Below, one piece after another: positions 19,157-30,365 of a DNA stretch of 64,000 nt. Where the stretch lies: assembly GCF_003704095.1 (NCBI RefSeq), contig NW_020843829.1:558001-622000 (forward strand), in the 5' to 3' direction. A program made the translations under genes and the position numbers. This DNA comes from Pocillopora damicornis (taxonomy: Eukaryota). Every line of letters begins with the position of its first letter. Within the stretch, counting starts at the first letter, position 1. Below the pieces are notes generated by a model. That model saw only the letters and a list, made by a program, of their open reading frames with translations. It was not told the DNA's origin and made no database searches.

Positions 19157-20134
19157 TTATGGTATGTCTGCAACGTGTGAACGTGGTGGGAACATGAATG
19201 CAAGTGCTTCCTTTTCCACTGCTGTGATCTCTGGATGCCATAGGTCTACCATGAGAACAACTCTTTCACTGTCCACGCCTTTGTGCCACGCTTCATGAAG
19301 AAAAGAATCGTCAAACAGCAAAAGTTCTCTTTCATTCCACATTCTTTCTTGGCCGTTCACACACAAGCGACAATTGTTCGGAACATAGAGAGGCAAATGA
19401 CACCTTATCCTGCAATTTGTTGGGCCGTAGTGAGCAGTTATGTGTGTTCCAGCTCGAACAACTGAAAACAATGCATTACCAAATGAGCAAGCTTCTATAA
19501 TCAATTCTACGGATTCGATGATCTCTACGCTTAGCGGGCACTTCCTGCAGTTGTTAACAACTCTTTCCCCTTGATTTATCAAGTGATATACTAACCAGTC
19601 CCCTTCGGGTGTTGAATTCTTTACCCATCCCTCATCACTTGCGTTAAATCGGATTTGGTTGAATTCTGACCGTATCATTTCAAAGTTCTCGGAGCAGACC
19701 AAAGTTGTTAGTTGATCTGAGAGGAAGTCATGCCAAGGTCTGCCAGACAATCCGTATAGATAAAACACTGTGGGTTTTTGTGCAGATGAGAAATTATTCC
19801 TCTTCTTTTGTGTCCTGTTGTATTCGATTGCTTTGTACAGGCGATCAAGTTCACCCTTGTCCGATTTTACCCGTGCAAACTCGTCCAGTTTTGTCAACAA
19901 TAGTTCAGCTGTTTCCGACGGCGATTTTGTTAACTTGTGAGAGCATCGGAGGCATTCCGAAGATCGACAAAAATTTGTATCAACTAAGTTTGATATATGG
20001 CTATCCCTTTCGTAACTGAAAAATTTGGTCAAAATTGTTGCAGTAAATAGCACAGCTACAGCTACCAGTCCTTTAAAGATAAAATTGAATACAAAGGAAG
20101 AGATTTGCCAAAGATGCTCTTCTTCGTCCGCCAT
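19157..20134 (-). CDS. ASPHD2: Aspartate beta-hydroxylase domain-containing protein (Fe(II)/2OG dioxygenase fold), single coding exon
   Basis: 325-aa ORF with N-terminal hydrophobic helix, CRSSECLRC, HYGPTNCRIRCHLPL, FDDSFLHEAWH, RVVLMVDLWHP, typical of ASPHD1/2. Confidence 0.9.
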   Translation of the reverse strand: MADEEEHLWQISSFVFNFIFKGLVAVAVLFTATILTKFFSYERDSHISNLVDTNFCRSSECLRCSHKLTKSPSETAELLLTKLDEFARVKSDKGELDRLYKAIEYNRTQKKRNNFSSAQKPTVFYLYGLSGRPWHDFLSDQLTTLVCSENFEMIRSEFNQIRFNASDEGWVKNSTPEGDWLVYHLINQGERVVNNCRKCPLSVEIIESVELIIEACSFGNALFSVVRAGTHITAHYGPTNCRIRCHLPLYVPNNCRLCVNGQERMWNERELLLFDDSFLHEAWHKGVDSERVVLMVDLWHPEITAVEKEALAFMFPPRSHVADIP

Positions 20135-20683
20135 GTTTGTTTTGAAAGAAGTATAGTACCAGTCTCTTCGCTGAAATCAATTGACCAACGCATTTACGCA
20201 TTTGGCAAGTTAACATCACAACTCTTGCGATCTGTGGTTCCACATGTTTAAGATTTATTTCGATGGACCTTAAAATAAATGTGTGAGACCTTCCCTATTT
20301 TTTATAATCGCTCTGTAACAAAAGATTCCTAATCGCAAGTATTTATCTTGCGCTCAACTGCTCAGTTTCTCCGTTTCTTTAACGGCGAGCGATTGGAAAG
20401 GCAGATCCAACCATTGAATTGGGAGGCCACTTATTGTCATCTCAAACTATGCGGTTAAGACTCGAAGTAAGTGCTCAGAGAAATATTCTCCAGTTGCAGC
20501 TGCCATAACCATCACAAAATGTTATTACCTGTAACTCCCTAATTAGCAAAAAGCGCGCGCATTTAGGGTCATTTATTACGTCGTTAATAAGAAGCGAAAT
20601 CTCCAATGATTTAGAGGTTGTCACCATGACATATTATCAACAATTTGTTTGACGGCGAGCTGAATTCGAGTTACTTTAAACCC
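20135..20683. promoter_or_regulatory. Probable bidirectional promoter ASPHD / FBXL
   Basis: Head-to-head start codons ~550 bp apart. Confidence 0.5.
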
Positions 20684-22063
20684 ATGGATGAAGGTCATAC
20701 GTCTTTTGTGCTCCATGATATGCCAGATTCCATAATATTACAGATATTCTGTCAATTTACGATCAAAGAACGCCTTTTGTTGCGACGAGTATGTTGGAGG
20801 TGGCACCACCTTTTGAAGGACTACAGCGTGTGGAGGAGTATCGATCTTAGTGAGGACTGCTCCCTATCGAGTAAGGTCAATAAAACCATCCTGGAAGGTT
20901 GGATCACAGCCTGGGGTAAGACTATTCAGCATATGGATGTTAGCGACTGCAGGTGGCTTACAGATCTCGTTATTCAAAAAGTCGCGCAAAATTGTGCGGA
21001 TCTCCGTGACTTAAACGTGGAAGGCTGCTTCCAAGTATCCGACACAGGAATGAACGCGATAGCCTCAAACTGCAAGCGCTTAAAGAAGCTAAACGTTTTT
21101 CTTAGCGGGGTGTCGGAACAAGGCTTTGAGAGATTTTTAAAGCAGTGCCCAAACTTAGAGGATGTTAAGTTGGGGAGTAGAGGAAATTGCAATCGTATGA
21201 TAGTGTCTGTGTGTAGTAGTGTGAAAGATTTAAAAGCAATCTCCATTCATGATGTTATCCCGTTTGACGAGGGCGAACCAGTGGTAGATGACCTTTCGCT
21301 GTGGAGGCTATGCACTTGTTTCCCAGGGTTGACAGCCATTGATCTTACGTGGTGTTGTTTCATCACTGATGATGCTTTATTTGCACTTCCGTTTTGCTGT
21401 CCAAATCTCAAGTCTCTCACTATTCGGGAATGTCATCAAATTTCAGACCGCGGAGTTCGTGCCGTGTTCCAAATTTGCCATTTAACCTTGTCAAAAGTAC
21501 ACCTGGAACGTCTTTACAGCATCACAGACGTTCTTACTCTCTCACCGGAAGACCTTAAACCTTTTCCTAATCTGTCATACCTTAAACTGATCGACACATC
21601 TATTTCCGACATCGGCGTCGCGAAGATTGCCGAGAAAAGCCCGAACTTACAAACTCTCATTGTTGGAGAGCATTGTTTTAATCCATACAACATCCATGGT
21701 GGTTTTATTCCCACCATCGCAGAAACTTGTCAAAAGTTGAGACGATTCAAATTATATTCAGGAAGAATGAAGGACAATTATTTGATTGCTATTGGCGAAA
21801 ATATACCTTTTATAACCGACCTCTATCTCGGCGATTGTCGTGACTGTACATCTCAAGGGTTAGAGAGGATAATTTTGCGCTGCCGCTGGTTGCAAATATT
21901 GCACATTCTAAACTGTTCCCATGTAACCAATAAGACACTGGTTCTTATCTCGCGGAACTTGACGGATCTCAGAGAATTAGAGATTCTAAATTGTAGGAGT
22001 ATCACCACATTAGATGTTCTAGGACTCAAACAAAAGTTACCAAGGTGCGACGTCCGGTATTAA
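20684..22063 (+). CDS. F-box/leucine-rich-repeat protein (FBXL family), single coding exon
   Basis: F-box LHDMPDSIILQIFCQFTIKERLLLRRVCWRWHHLLKDYSVWRSIDLS followed by Cys-containing LRRs (LRDLNVEGCFQVSD, LTAIDLTWCCFITD, LKSLTIRECHQISD). First in-frame ATG at 20684. Confidence 0.92.
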   Translation: MDEGHTSFVLHDMPDSIILQIFCQFTIKERLLLRRVCWRWHHLLKDYSVWRSIDLSEDCSLSSKVNKTILEGWITAWGKTIQHMDVSDCRWLTDLVIQKVAQNCADLRDLNVEGCFQVSDTGMNAIASNCKRLKKLNVFLSGVSEQGFERFLKQCPNLEDVKLGSRGNCNRMIVSVCSSVKDLKAISIHDVIPFDEGEPVVDDLSLWRLCTCFPGLTAIDLTWCCFITDDALFALPFCCPNLKSLTIRECHQISDRGVRAVFQICHLTLSKVHLERLYSITDVLTLSPEDLKPFPNLSYLKLIDTSISDIGVAKIAEKSPNLQTLIVGEHCFNPYNIHGGFIPTIAETCQKLRRFKLYSGRMKDNYLIAIGENIPFITDLYLGDCRDCTSQGLERIILRCRWLQILHILNCSHVTNKTLVLISRNLTDLRELEILNCRSITTLDVLGLKQKLPRCDVRY

Positions 22064-23033
22064 CTGTGAGTGGATAGCACTAAACTCCAAAGATGAATGC
22101 TTCGTATTTGCCTCTTATTCATTCGAAGAAGATTTGCAAGGAATATTTTGGGTTCCATCGAAGCATTCTTTGTCACCCAAGTTAACACTCTTGTGTTGCG
22201 CGTGTGAGTGAAACAATATCCTAATTCATCCAAGAAGCGGCCCAGAAGAGTTGTACGTCGAATACAGTGTGTGGAAGAGATATCGAGAATCATGTACCCT
22301 CAGATTTTCTGAGTTAATGCATTGTCATGGTAAACTACGAACAGTTTTCTAAGAGTAAATAAGAAATGGCAAGATTTTCATCAGGGGTATGCGCCTTAAG
22401 TCTTTCTTTGTTCTAAAGATATCACTTCCCTTTATATTGGAAGCAAACGACCCAATTTGAAAGACTTCATCGAACTAAAGCTATACTTCACTTCTATAAT
22501 TAAACTTTTTTGGCCGTCTCAGTCTTAGTTACCGGACCGACCTCTACTATGTGGTTTTAAGAATGGACAGCTACTCCCAAGATCTGAAGCTGACTAATTC
22601 TCCATTCGGAAGTTCAATCGCTTTCAGTGGACCTTATTCAGGCATCAAATACAAGCATGATATATTTTCAATTATAATGACTTTTATTAAATATTTGCTT
22701 CCAATTCCACAATAAAAAATATATTACAGATTTCTTTGAAATTGTCATATTTATAATTATTCTATAAATTATTATGTTAAATATACAATGTACACACGAA
22801 TTTCTCTATTCAGTCAAAACGCTCTTATCTCAAAGCTAATTCAGTCATCACTCGTGGCCTATCCGCTCTTGAGATAACATATTTTCAAAGCTTTGAAGAT
22901 AATAAATTGATAAAGAAAATGTACAATGTACAAGTAAAATTTTCAATTCATTCAGGTGATTCAAGACATGTCTCCAACAAGGAGTTTAAAATGAGGTCAT
23001 AAATTACAAAAACAGAAAAAGATGAAAAAAGGT

Positions 23034-24896
23034 TCAAAGCTTTGAAAGATAAATCTGTGGCCTTTTAAAAACACGATCCACCATAGCACTGGCTTCAATA
23101 GCACAGCCCCATGAGAAAGTCACACCTGAGCCCCCATGTCCATAGTTGTGCAGAAGAGAAGGACACACAGGATCCCACTCCAGACGAACGTTACCATGAC
23201 GAGCAGGACGCAGGCCTACCAACACTTCCTCTACATCATCGTCTCCATAGTTACGGAGGGGTGGATAGAACTCCTTTACTTTCTCAAACATCTTTCTGAT
23301 TGGTGGATAATCAAGTGTCNNNNNNNNNNNNNNNNNNNNNNNNNNNNNNNNNNNNNNNNNNNNNNNNNNNNNNNNNNNNNNNNNNNNNNNNNNNNNNNNN
23401 NNNNNNNNNNNNNNNNNNNAAAAAAAAATATTGAGAATAGTGAGAGAATGTTTGCTATGATCTAACTTACCAGTTTCATCGATGAGTTTGGCGTCATGGC
23501 GAAATCCTGGCAAATGATTGAGCTCATTCATCTTTTCTAACTGTTGAGGCAGATTATTCACCTAAAGAAAGAGAGAGAAAGAGTAAGATCGAGAGAACTA
23601 TTCAGATTTTCAGAGTCTAATAGTAACAATAATAACAAGACGATACGACGGATAAGAATATGCGGCAAATGTGGAGTTACCTTGTCCTTAAAGTAGAATA
23701 TAGATTGTCTGAGGAAAGCTCCAGTTTCCTTCGAGTTCATAGCCAACTCCATGAACTTGGCATAGCCATCCATGCACCAAGCCTTGGCTCTCTCCAGTGA
23801 CTTTTCATTTGTGTGTCGCCCACAGACCGCTGGAGGCCACTCCCATAGAGCGCCAGCGATCTCAGAAGTGATGCGTTTACCAGAGGAGACAGGGGAGGCG
23901 TACTCCTTTGCTAAAACTGTCACTTTGTACCTATGAACGATGAATGATTTAACAACATTAAAGAACATTTTCATTGCATCTTTATTTAAAAAAAGCCGCC
24001 TAAAGAATCGTCCCTATTTACTGTCTAAGAGTGGACAGGTTTAAAACCAAATTCTGTTTGTATAAAATGGGGATTTACTTAATTTTTTTTCCACTATGAG
24101 AATTCTTTGCAAGAAATGGAATGGCAGTATTTCGTAATCGGATTTGAACGCTGGCTTTTTTCCACTTGAAAATTAACTGTAGCCGTATTCACCAGCCTGT
24201 TTTGAGATCTTAGAAATCATCCTAAATAGCTGTGCGAATTGCACAAAGCCAGTAGCATTTATAAATATTTTTCTTTTTCTGAGCTCTGTGCTTCATGTTG
24301 TCAGTGATGGCTGCAGATTTTTGCAAATTTTGTCGCGTTTTTGCCGAAAAATCAGGAACCAAGCTTTCGTAACATGAAAGCCGCAAAAGTTCGCGGAAAT
24401 GTCGCATATGCCTCGCATGATTGGGCTTTCACTTTCCGCTTTTGTCGCTGATCTTGTATAATCTTTTAATAGCCGGAAAAAATTTAGTCTAATTTTCAAC
24501 TTACCCTTTATTCAACAACTGCAGAGCACTGGTCATTCCAACAACTCCGCCTCCAATAATTAACACACGAGGAGCTTTCTGAGAGTTCTAGAATCCAAGG
24601 GAGAAAATTCAGAAAATAGTTTCTTTCTTTATCTCCGTCAGGGCGGGATGTCTCGGTGGTTGATGTACATTTTCAATGTAAAAAGTATTAATCTGATATG
24701 TTCTCCTAAATTTTCTTCATTTTTATCGAGTATTGACTAAGAACAATCATTTACCCTAATACAAAACAGTTGCTCGAAAAAATCAGATCACATACAGGTA
24801 ATTCATCTTTTTTCCCGTAAATTCGTGCTCATATGTTAGAATCCTTACCTTGAGTTTCCTTGTGTTGTCTAAAGTTCTTCCAAACTGGAGAGCCAT
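23034..24896 (-). CDS. D-amino-acid-oxidase-family flavoenzyme, copy A (middle exons lost in the N gap 23320-23419)
   Basis: Exons 24849-24896 (MALQFGRTLDNTRKLK), 24505-24587 (APRVLIIGGGVVGMTSAL, FAD-binding GxGxxG), ~23681-23930 (ITSEIAGALWEWPPAVCGRHT), ~23471-23561, then 23034-23319 (VGLRPARHGNVRLE, HNYGHGGSGVTFSWGCA, ends SKL). Confidence 0.85.
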
Positions 24897-25009
24897 TGTC
24901 TTAAAGGTTGCTCCTAGAAGTTAAGATTACTTCTCAGGTATGTCTTCAGTGCTTTCTGTTTTCTAGAGTCTTCAAGCTAATGTTGTCCCTTTTGCCGACA
25001 TTTTTCCCA

Positions 25010-25165
25010 TTTTATAGCCATTTCAAACAAGGTGATATTAAAAATTCGGAAACAGGACAATTGTTCTTCCTTAATGACTGACGTCAATGGTTCATGGGGA
25101 ATATTTGATGGGCAACATGTACTGAACTGACGCAAACTAACTCACGCGACAGTCACGTTCACTAA
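25010..25165 (-). promoter_or_regulatory. Promoter of DAO copy A: TATA box plus palindromic CRE
   Basis: CTATAAAA (minus strand, ~25010-25017) and TGACGTCA (25079-25086); same elements in same order upstream of copy B. Confidence 0.55.
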
Positions 25166-25410
25166 GGAAAAATTACCTCTATCGTTTTTTCGCGCTCGTT
25201 AACGTCTGGGCGCAATTTTAAGTCGCTTTAGATGACAGATTCTTCTGATCAAATCATAGATGATGTACATAACGTGTTTGTATTTGCGAAATTCATGTTA
25301 GCCAAAATCGGCGAATCCACACGTATTCCGTCAAAGCATGTCTTGGACAGTTTGACAATTAATCCCCCCTTGATGGATGATAAAATGTTTATCTCTGTAT
25401 CCGATGCATT

Positions 25411-27284
25411 ATTTCCTCTCACAAACTGCTAAGCAAACGCAGTGGAAGAACGTGACTGACCGACTGGCCGGTTTTTCCTAATTGCCACGTCCATGGCAAC
25501 AGACGTGACAGTCACACAGCACAGAGGTCACGGATTGCAAGTCACGTAATCAAGTATTACCTACAACGTCAGAAACGAGTTCTTTTGCTTAAAATTTTTG
25601 TTTTTCATTCCACTTTATACAGCCTTAGACCCTTTAAAAGAAGGAAAATACCGAACAAGATCACATCGAGAGTTCAAACTATTCAAAGCTTTCAAGTTGA
25701 AGTTGGTGACTTGAGCCAAAAGCAGAACAAATTGATTTAGTATTCGTGATTGAGTGATAAATTTCCGGCTGATTGACGGCAAAACGTGTTCATAGATTTT
25801 TCCTCCGGCAATCTATCGTTCGCAAAAAGGTACACATTGCGTATTTTTTTTTCTACCCTAAAAAAAGAAAATTAACAGTCCGGATATAGAAGGAAACTTT
25901 ATTCACTCTTTGTTGTTGTCCTTTCAAAAAATCTTTAATTATTTTGACATCTTTACATACTATTGTCACCGGGTGACGTGAGTGTTATCACAGCTTAACT
26001 TGCCTCATATAAATGACAAAGCAGTATGATGTTTTTATTTTTTTCTGTCTCTAAGAGATTGGATAAATTCCTCCATCGCTATATGTGACGTTTAATATTC
26101 TGATTGTAAGAGAAATAGCTCATTGGAACATCCTGATATTAATTAAGTTNNNNNNNNNNNNNNNNNNNNNNNNNNNNNNNNNNNNNNNNNNNNNNNNNNN
26201 NNNNNNNNNNNNNNNNNNNNNNNNNNNNNNNNNNNNNNNNNNNNNNNNNCAAAAGCGGATAATTGTTATATTGTAAGTGGCTCCGTGTTCGGGCGTGAAA
26301 ATGCTTTAAACAAGTAGCATTTGGAAAGATTTGAAACTACGTCAGAGTCTTAACTTAACAGCAAAGACAAATATTCTGACTCTTTTAGCTGGACCAACCC
26401 GGGCCTCAATTGGAATTACCTAAAAAGCTTTTCGGTCCCTGAATTAAGTTACGGCTTTTTCAAATTGTTAAAAAAATTGTGTTCTAAGCTATTCGCTACT
26501 CCATGCTGGGAGCTTCACAGCTACCCAACTCGGGGCCATTTGTTAAGGGAAAGAGTTGACGAGACGCATGCAAAAATAAAATAGATCAGAATGCCAACTT
26601 AATTAATATCAGGATGTTCCAATGAGCTATTTCTCTTACAATCAGAATACTAAACGTCACATATAGCGACTGAGGAATTTATTCGATCTTTTAGAAACTT
26701 GATGATCAAAACATCAAACTGCCTTTTCATTTGTATGAGGCGAGTTTAGTTGTGATAACACTCACGTCACTCGGTGACAATGGTAAAGATGTCAAAATAA
26801 TTTAAGATTTTTTGAAAGGACAACAATAAAGAGTGAATGAAGTTTCCTTGTATATCCGAACTGTTAATTTTCTTTTATTAAGGTAGGTAAAAAAAAAAAG
26901 GTACACGCAACGTGTACCTTTTTGCGAAAGATAGATTGCCGGAGGAAAAATCTATGAACACGTTTTGCCGTCAATCAGCCGGAAATTTATCACTCAATCA
27001 CGAATACTAAATCAATTTGTTCTGCTTTTGGCTCAAGTCACTAACTTCAACTTAAAAGCTTTGAAAAGTTTGAACTCTCGACGTGATCTTGTTCGGTACT
27101 TTCCTTCTTTTAAAGGGTCTAAGGCTGTATAAAGTGGAATGAAAAACAAAAATTTTAAGCAAAAGAACTCGTTTCTGACACTATAAGTAATACTTGATTA
27201 CGTGACTTGCAATCCGTGACCTATGTGCTGTGTATATCAGTCACGTTCTTCCACTGCGTTTGCTTAGAAGTTTGTGAGAGGAAG
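25411..27284. repeat. ~700-bp inverted repeat pair (25411-26149 / 26596-27284) around an N gap
   Basis: E.g. AGTCACGTAATCAAGTATTAC (25540) vs GTAATACTTGATTACGTGACT (~27187); roughly 90% identity by eye. Confidence 0.9.
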
Positions 27285-28041
27285 TACATTTCAGCCCGCC
27301 AAACTCTCCATTTAAGTCCACAAAGTGCTCTGTAATGCTCGACAAAGTGATAATAGGTCCCCATTTTGATCGTTACATTATTCTTTTAAATAATTCAGAA
27401 TTTGATGTTTCATCATGACCAAACCCTCCTCCAGGCGCGAAGCGGTGATGTATATCCACCGCTTCTTAGCTGTTTTCGTGAACACTAAGATAGTGAAATA
27501 ATAGGACACCAAAAGATGATTTCAACTAATTTATTCCTGCAACGATTGAAATATTTTCAGGTGCAAATTCCGTGCGGATCGTCGGAGTATCAGAAGCCAA
27601 TCAAAGCCCTCCACGCTATCCACTGTTTATCGATAAATATATCTAAAATTTAAATATTCCCATAATCTGCATGCTAAGTTATGTTTGAAATTGTGCTCAG
27701 GAGTTACATGTTGGTCAATTCCGACAGTTCGAGTCGTAATGGAACTCATTGGGGTCTGCTCCGGCCATGCGGCAAAATAAAGAAATAAATAATTTACAAA
27801 AAATAATCTTTATTCAATATTCGCTTCGCACACTATTTCATACAGTATTATACAAATTTCGTTTGAATAATAATATAACTTTTGTTTTGTTTTTTTTTTT
27901 ATAAATAAAATGTACAATGCACAAGTAACATTCTCAATTCATTCAATAGCCTTCGATCACACAGCTGATTCAAGACCTGTCTCCTACAAGGAGTTCAAAA
28001 TGAGCTCATAAATTACGAAAACAGGAAAAGGTGAAAAAAGG

Positions 28042-30097
28042 TTATAGCTTTGAAAGGTAAATCTGTGGTCTTTTAAAAACACGATCCACCATAGCACTGG
28101 CTTCAATAGCACAGCCCCATGAGAAAGTCACACCCGAGCCCCCATGTCCATAGTTGTGCAGAAGAGAAGGACACACAGGATCCCACTCCAGACGAACGTT
28201 ACCATGACGAGCAGGACGCAGGCCTACCAAAACTTCTTCTACATCATCGTCTCCATAGTTACGAAGAGGTGGGTAGAACTCCTTTACTTTCTCAAACATC
28301 TTTCTGATTGGTGGATAATCAAGTGTCAGATCTCTGTCCCACTGATGAGGTTGTACCATTCCACCCAGCCACAATTTGTCGTCACCTCTCGGTAGAATGA
28401 ACACGAAGCTTTGTCCTTCTTTATCTGACTCGTCGAACTCCTTGATTATAGAGATGCACATGGAGTGATTGAGTTTTGGCATCAAACTTCCGTCGTTTCT
28501 CACTTTAAGAATCACTCCTGGAATGCAAAATGGAAAGAGAGATCGGTAATCAAGGCCAACTCAATTTGTTACAATTGGCACACATAGGATGCCCAACATA
28601 TATGATTTAGTAGGACATACACAAGTTATTTACCTCTTAGGGGATAGACATCTTCATCTCCTGCCAGTTCTTTGGCGCTAAGTCCAGAGCAGTTGAAGAT
28701 CAGCTGAGCTTTGTATTTCTTTTTCAAGTCTTCTGCCTGATCTCTCAACAACCCGTGAATCTCATCGTGTACAAAGCGACAGCCTTTGTCACGACACTGT
28801 TTGTAAAGCCACTGCATGTAGGTGACTGTGTCAACCATGGGAGCCATATGTTGATATGCGTCCACAACACCAGTGTCTGTGTTCACACCTGAAGGAGAAG
28901 AAATTAGCAATATTCCTTATTTATTTAGCTGTCAATTGGAGAGCTTCGTAGTTAGCGAAGCGTTCAAACGGGAATCCTTTTTCTCAGTGTGGACGCTTTT
29001 CAGCGAAAATTATTCATTGTTCAGCAAAATATTGAAAAGGGGAAAGCCCCTTTTTTTTTCTTTTTTACTATGATCAAACTTACCAGTTTCTTCGATGAGT
29101 TTGGCGTCATGACGGAATCCTGGCAAATGATTCAGTTCGTTCATCTTTTCCAACTGTTGAGGAAGATTGTTCACCTGAAGAAAGAAAGAGCAAGAGTTTG
29201 GTGTTAAATTGAAAACTTTTTTGACATTTGAGAGATAAATTCAATACTACAGATGACTTACAGGACACAGGACAAAACGATTACCCCGATAAAATGTTCT
29301 GCAAATGAAGAATTACCTTGTCTTTAAAGTAGAAGATAGATTGTCTGAGGAAAGCTCCAGTTTCCTTCGAGTTCATAGCCAACTCCATGAACTTGGCATA
29401 GCCATCCATGCACCAAACCTTGGCTCTCTCCAGTGACTTTTCGTTTGTGTGTCGCCCACAGACCGCTGGAGGCCACTCCCACAGAGCGCCAGCGATCTCA
29501 GAAGTGATACGTTTACCGGAGGAGACTGGGGAGGCGTACTCCTTCGCTAAGACTGTCACTTTGTACCTAAAACAAGGGTGATATTTGAGGGACAAATGAG
29601 ACTGGGCACCAACAAATGATCTAAGACGTCAAAACCTTTATGTTTCTCTCGATTTTTTTTCACTTCTTTCCAAACTTTTTTTTATATATAGAAAAATAAG
29701 TCAGTGACAAACTTACCCTTTATTCAACAACTGTAAAGCACTGGTCATTCCAACAACTCCGCCACCAATAATCAATACACGAGGAGCTTTCTGAGCGTTC
29801 TAGGATGAAACGAAAAAAGTATGTTCAGTTCCTCTATGTGTAAGTTGTTCCTTTCTTTCATAAATTTTTCCCTCACTATATTTCAAGTTGTAATTTGAGT
29901 TTTTCCAAGTCGGTATTAAGCTGTCTCTCAGTTTTCGCTATCTTGTCAGTGTCGGAAACTTTACTGAGAACCAACAATCACAAATGACACTGAAAGCTTG
30001 ATTAAAATATTTTCCATTGTGAGTTAACAATATTAAGAATTCTTACTTTTAGTTTTTTGGAGGTGTCCAAGGTTGTTCCAAACTGTAAAACAGGCAT
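28042..30097 (-). CDS. D-amino-acid-oxidase-family flavoenzyme, copy B; complete, 6 coding exons, ~400 aa, PTS1 SKL
   Basis: Exons 30047-30097, 29717-29799, 29317-29566, 29084-29174, 28634-28888, 28042-28517; GT-AG and in frame; motifs GGGVVG, FNCSGLSAKEL, YPLRG, GLRP, HNYGHGGSG, C-terminal IYLSKL. Confidence 0.92.
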
Positions 30098-30114
30098 GTT
30101 TTCGGTGGAAATTT

Positions 30115-30188
30115 AGTCTTCAAGCCCTTATAGTTCTGTTCCTTGAGTCTTCAAGCCCTTATAGTTCTGTTGCGTGAGTCTTCAAGCT
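30115..30188. repeat. 31-bp tandem duplication in the presumed 5' UTR of DAO copy B
   Basis: AGTCTTCAAGCCCTTATAGTTCTGTT twice plus a third AGTCTTCAAGC; copy A has a single GAGTCTTCAAGCT. Confidence 0.85.
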
Positions 30189-30218
30189 GATCTGATTCAC
30201 TTGCAAATGTATTCTCCG

Positions 30219-30365
30219 TTTTATAGACATGTCACATAAGGGGGCATCGAAAAATTCGGAAATAGAACAATCCTTTCTCTATGAACGCGTGACGTCAATA
30301 TGCATGACTGGGCAACATGTGCTGACGCAGACAAACTCATATAATAGGTTAAGTCACGTTTACTG
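30219..30365 (-). promoter_or_regulatory. Promoter of DAO copy B: TATA box plus palindromic CRE
   Basis: CTATAAAA (minus, 30219-30226), TGACGTCA (30290-30297), GGGCAACATGT, CTGACGCA and AGTCACGTT blocks shared with copy A. Confidence 0.55.

Noticed and set aside
23034-23561. 175-aa ORF and other ORFs crossing N runs (also 26085-26276, 31386-31967)
   Set aside because: Artefacts of translating through assembly gaps.
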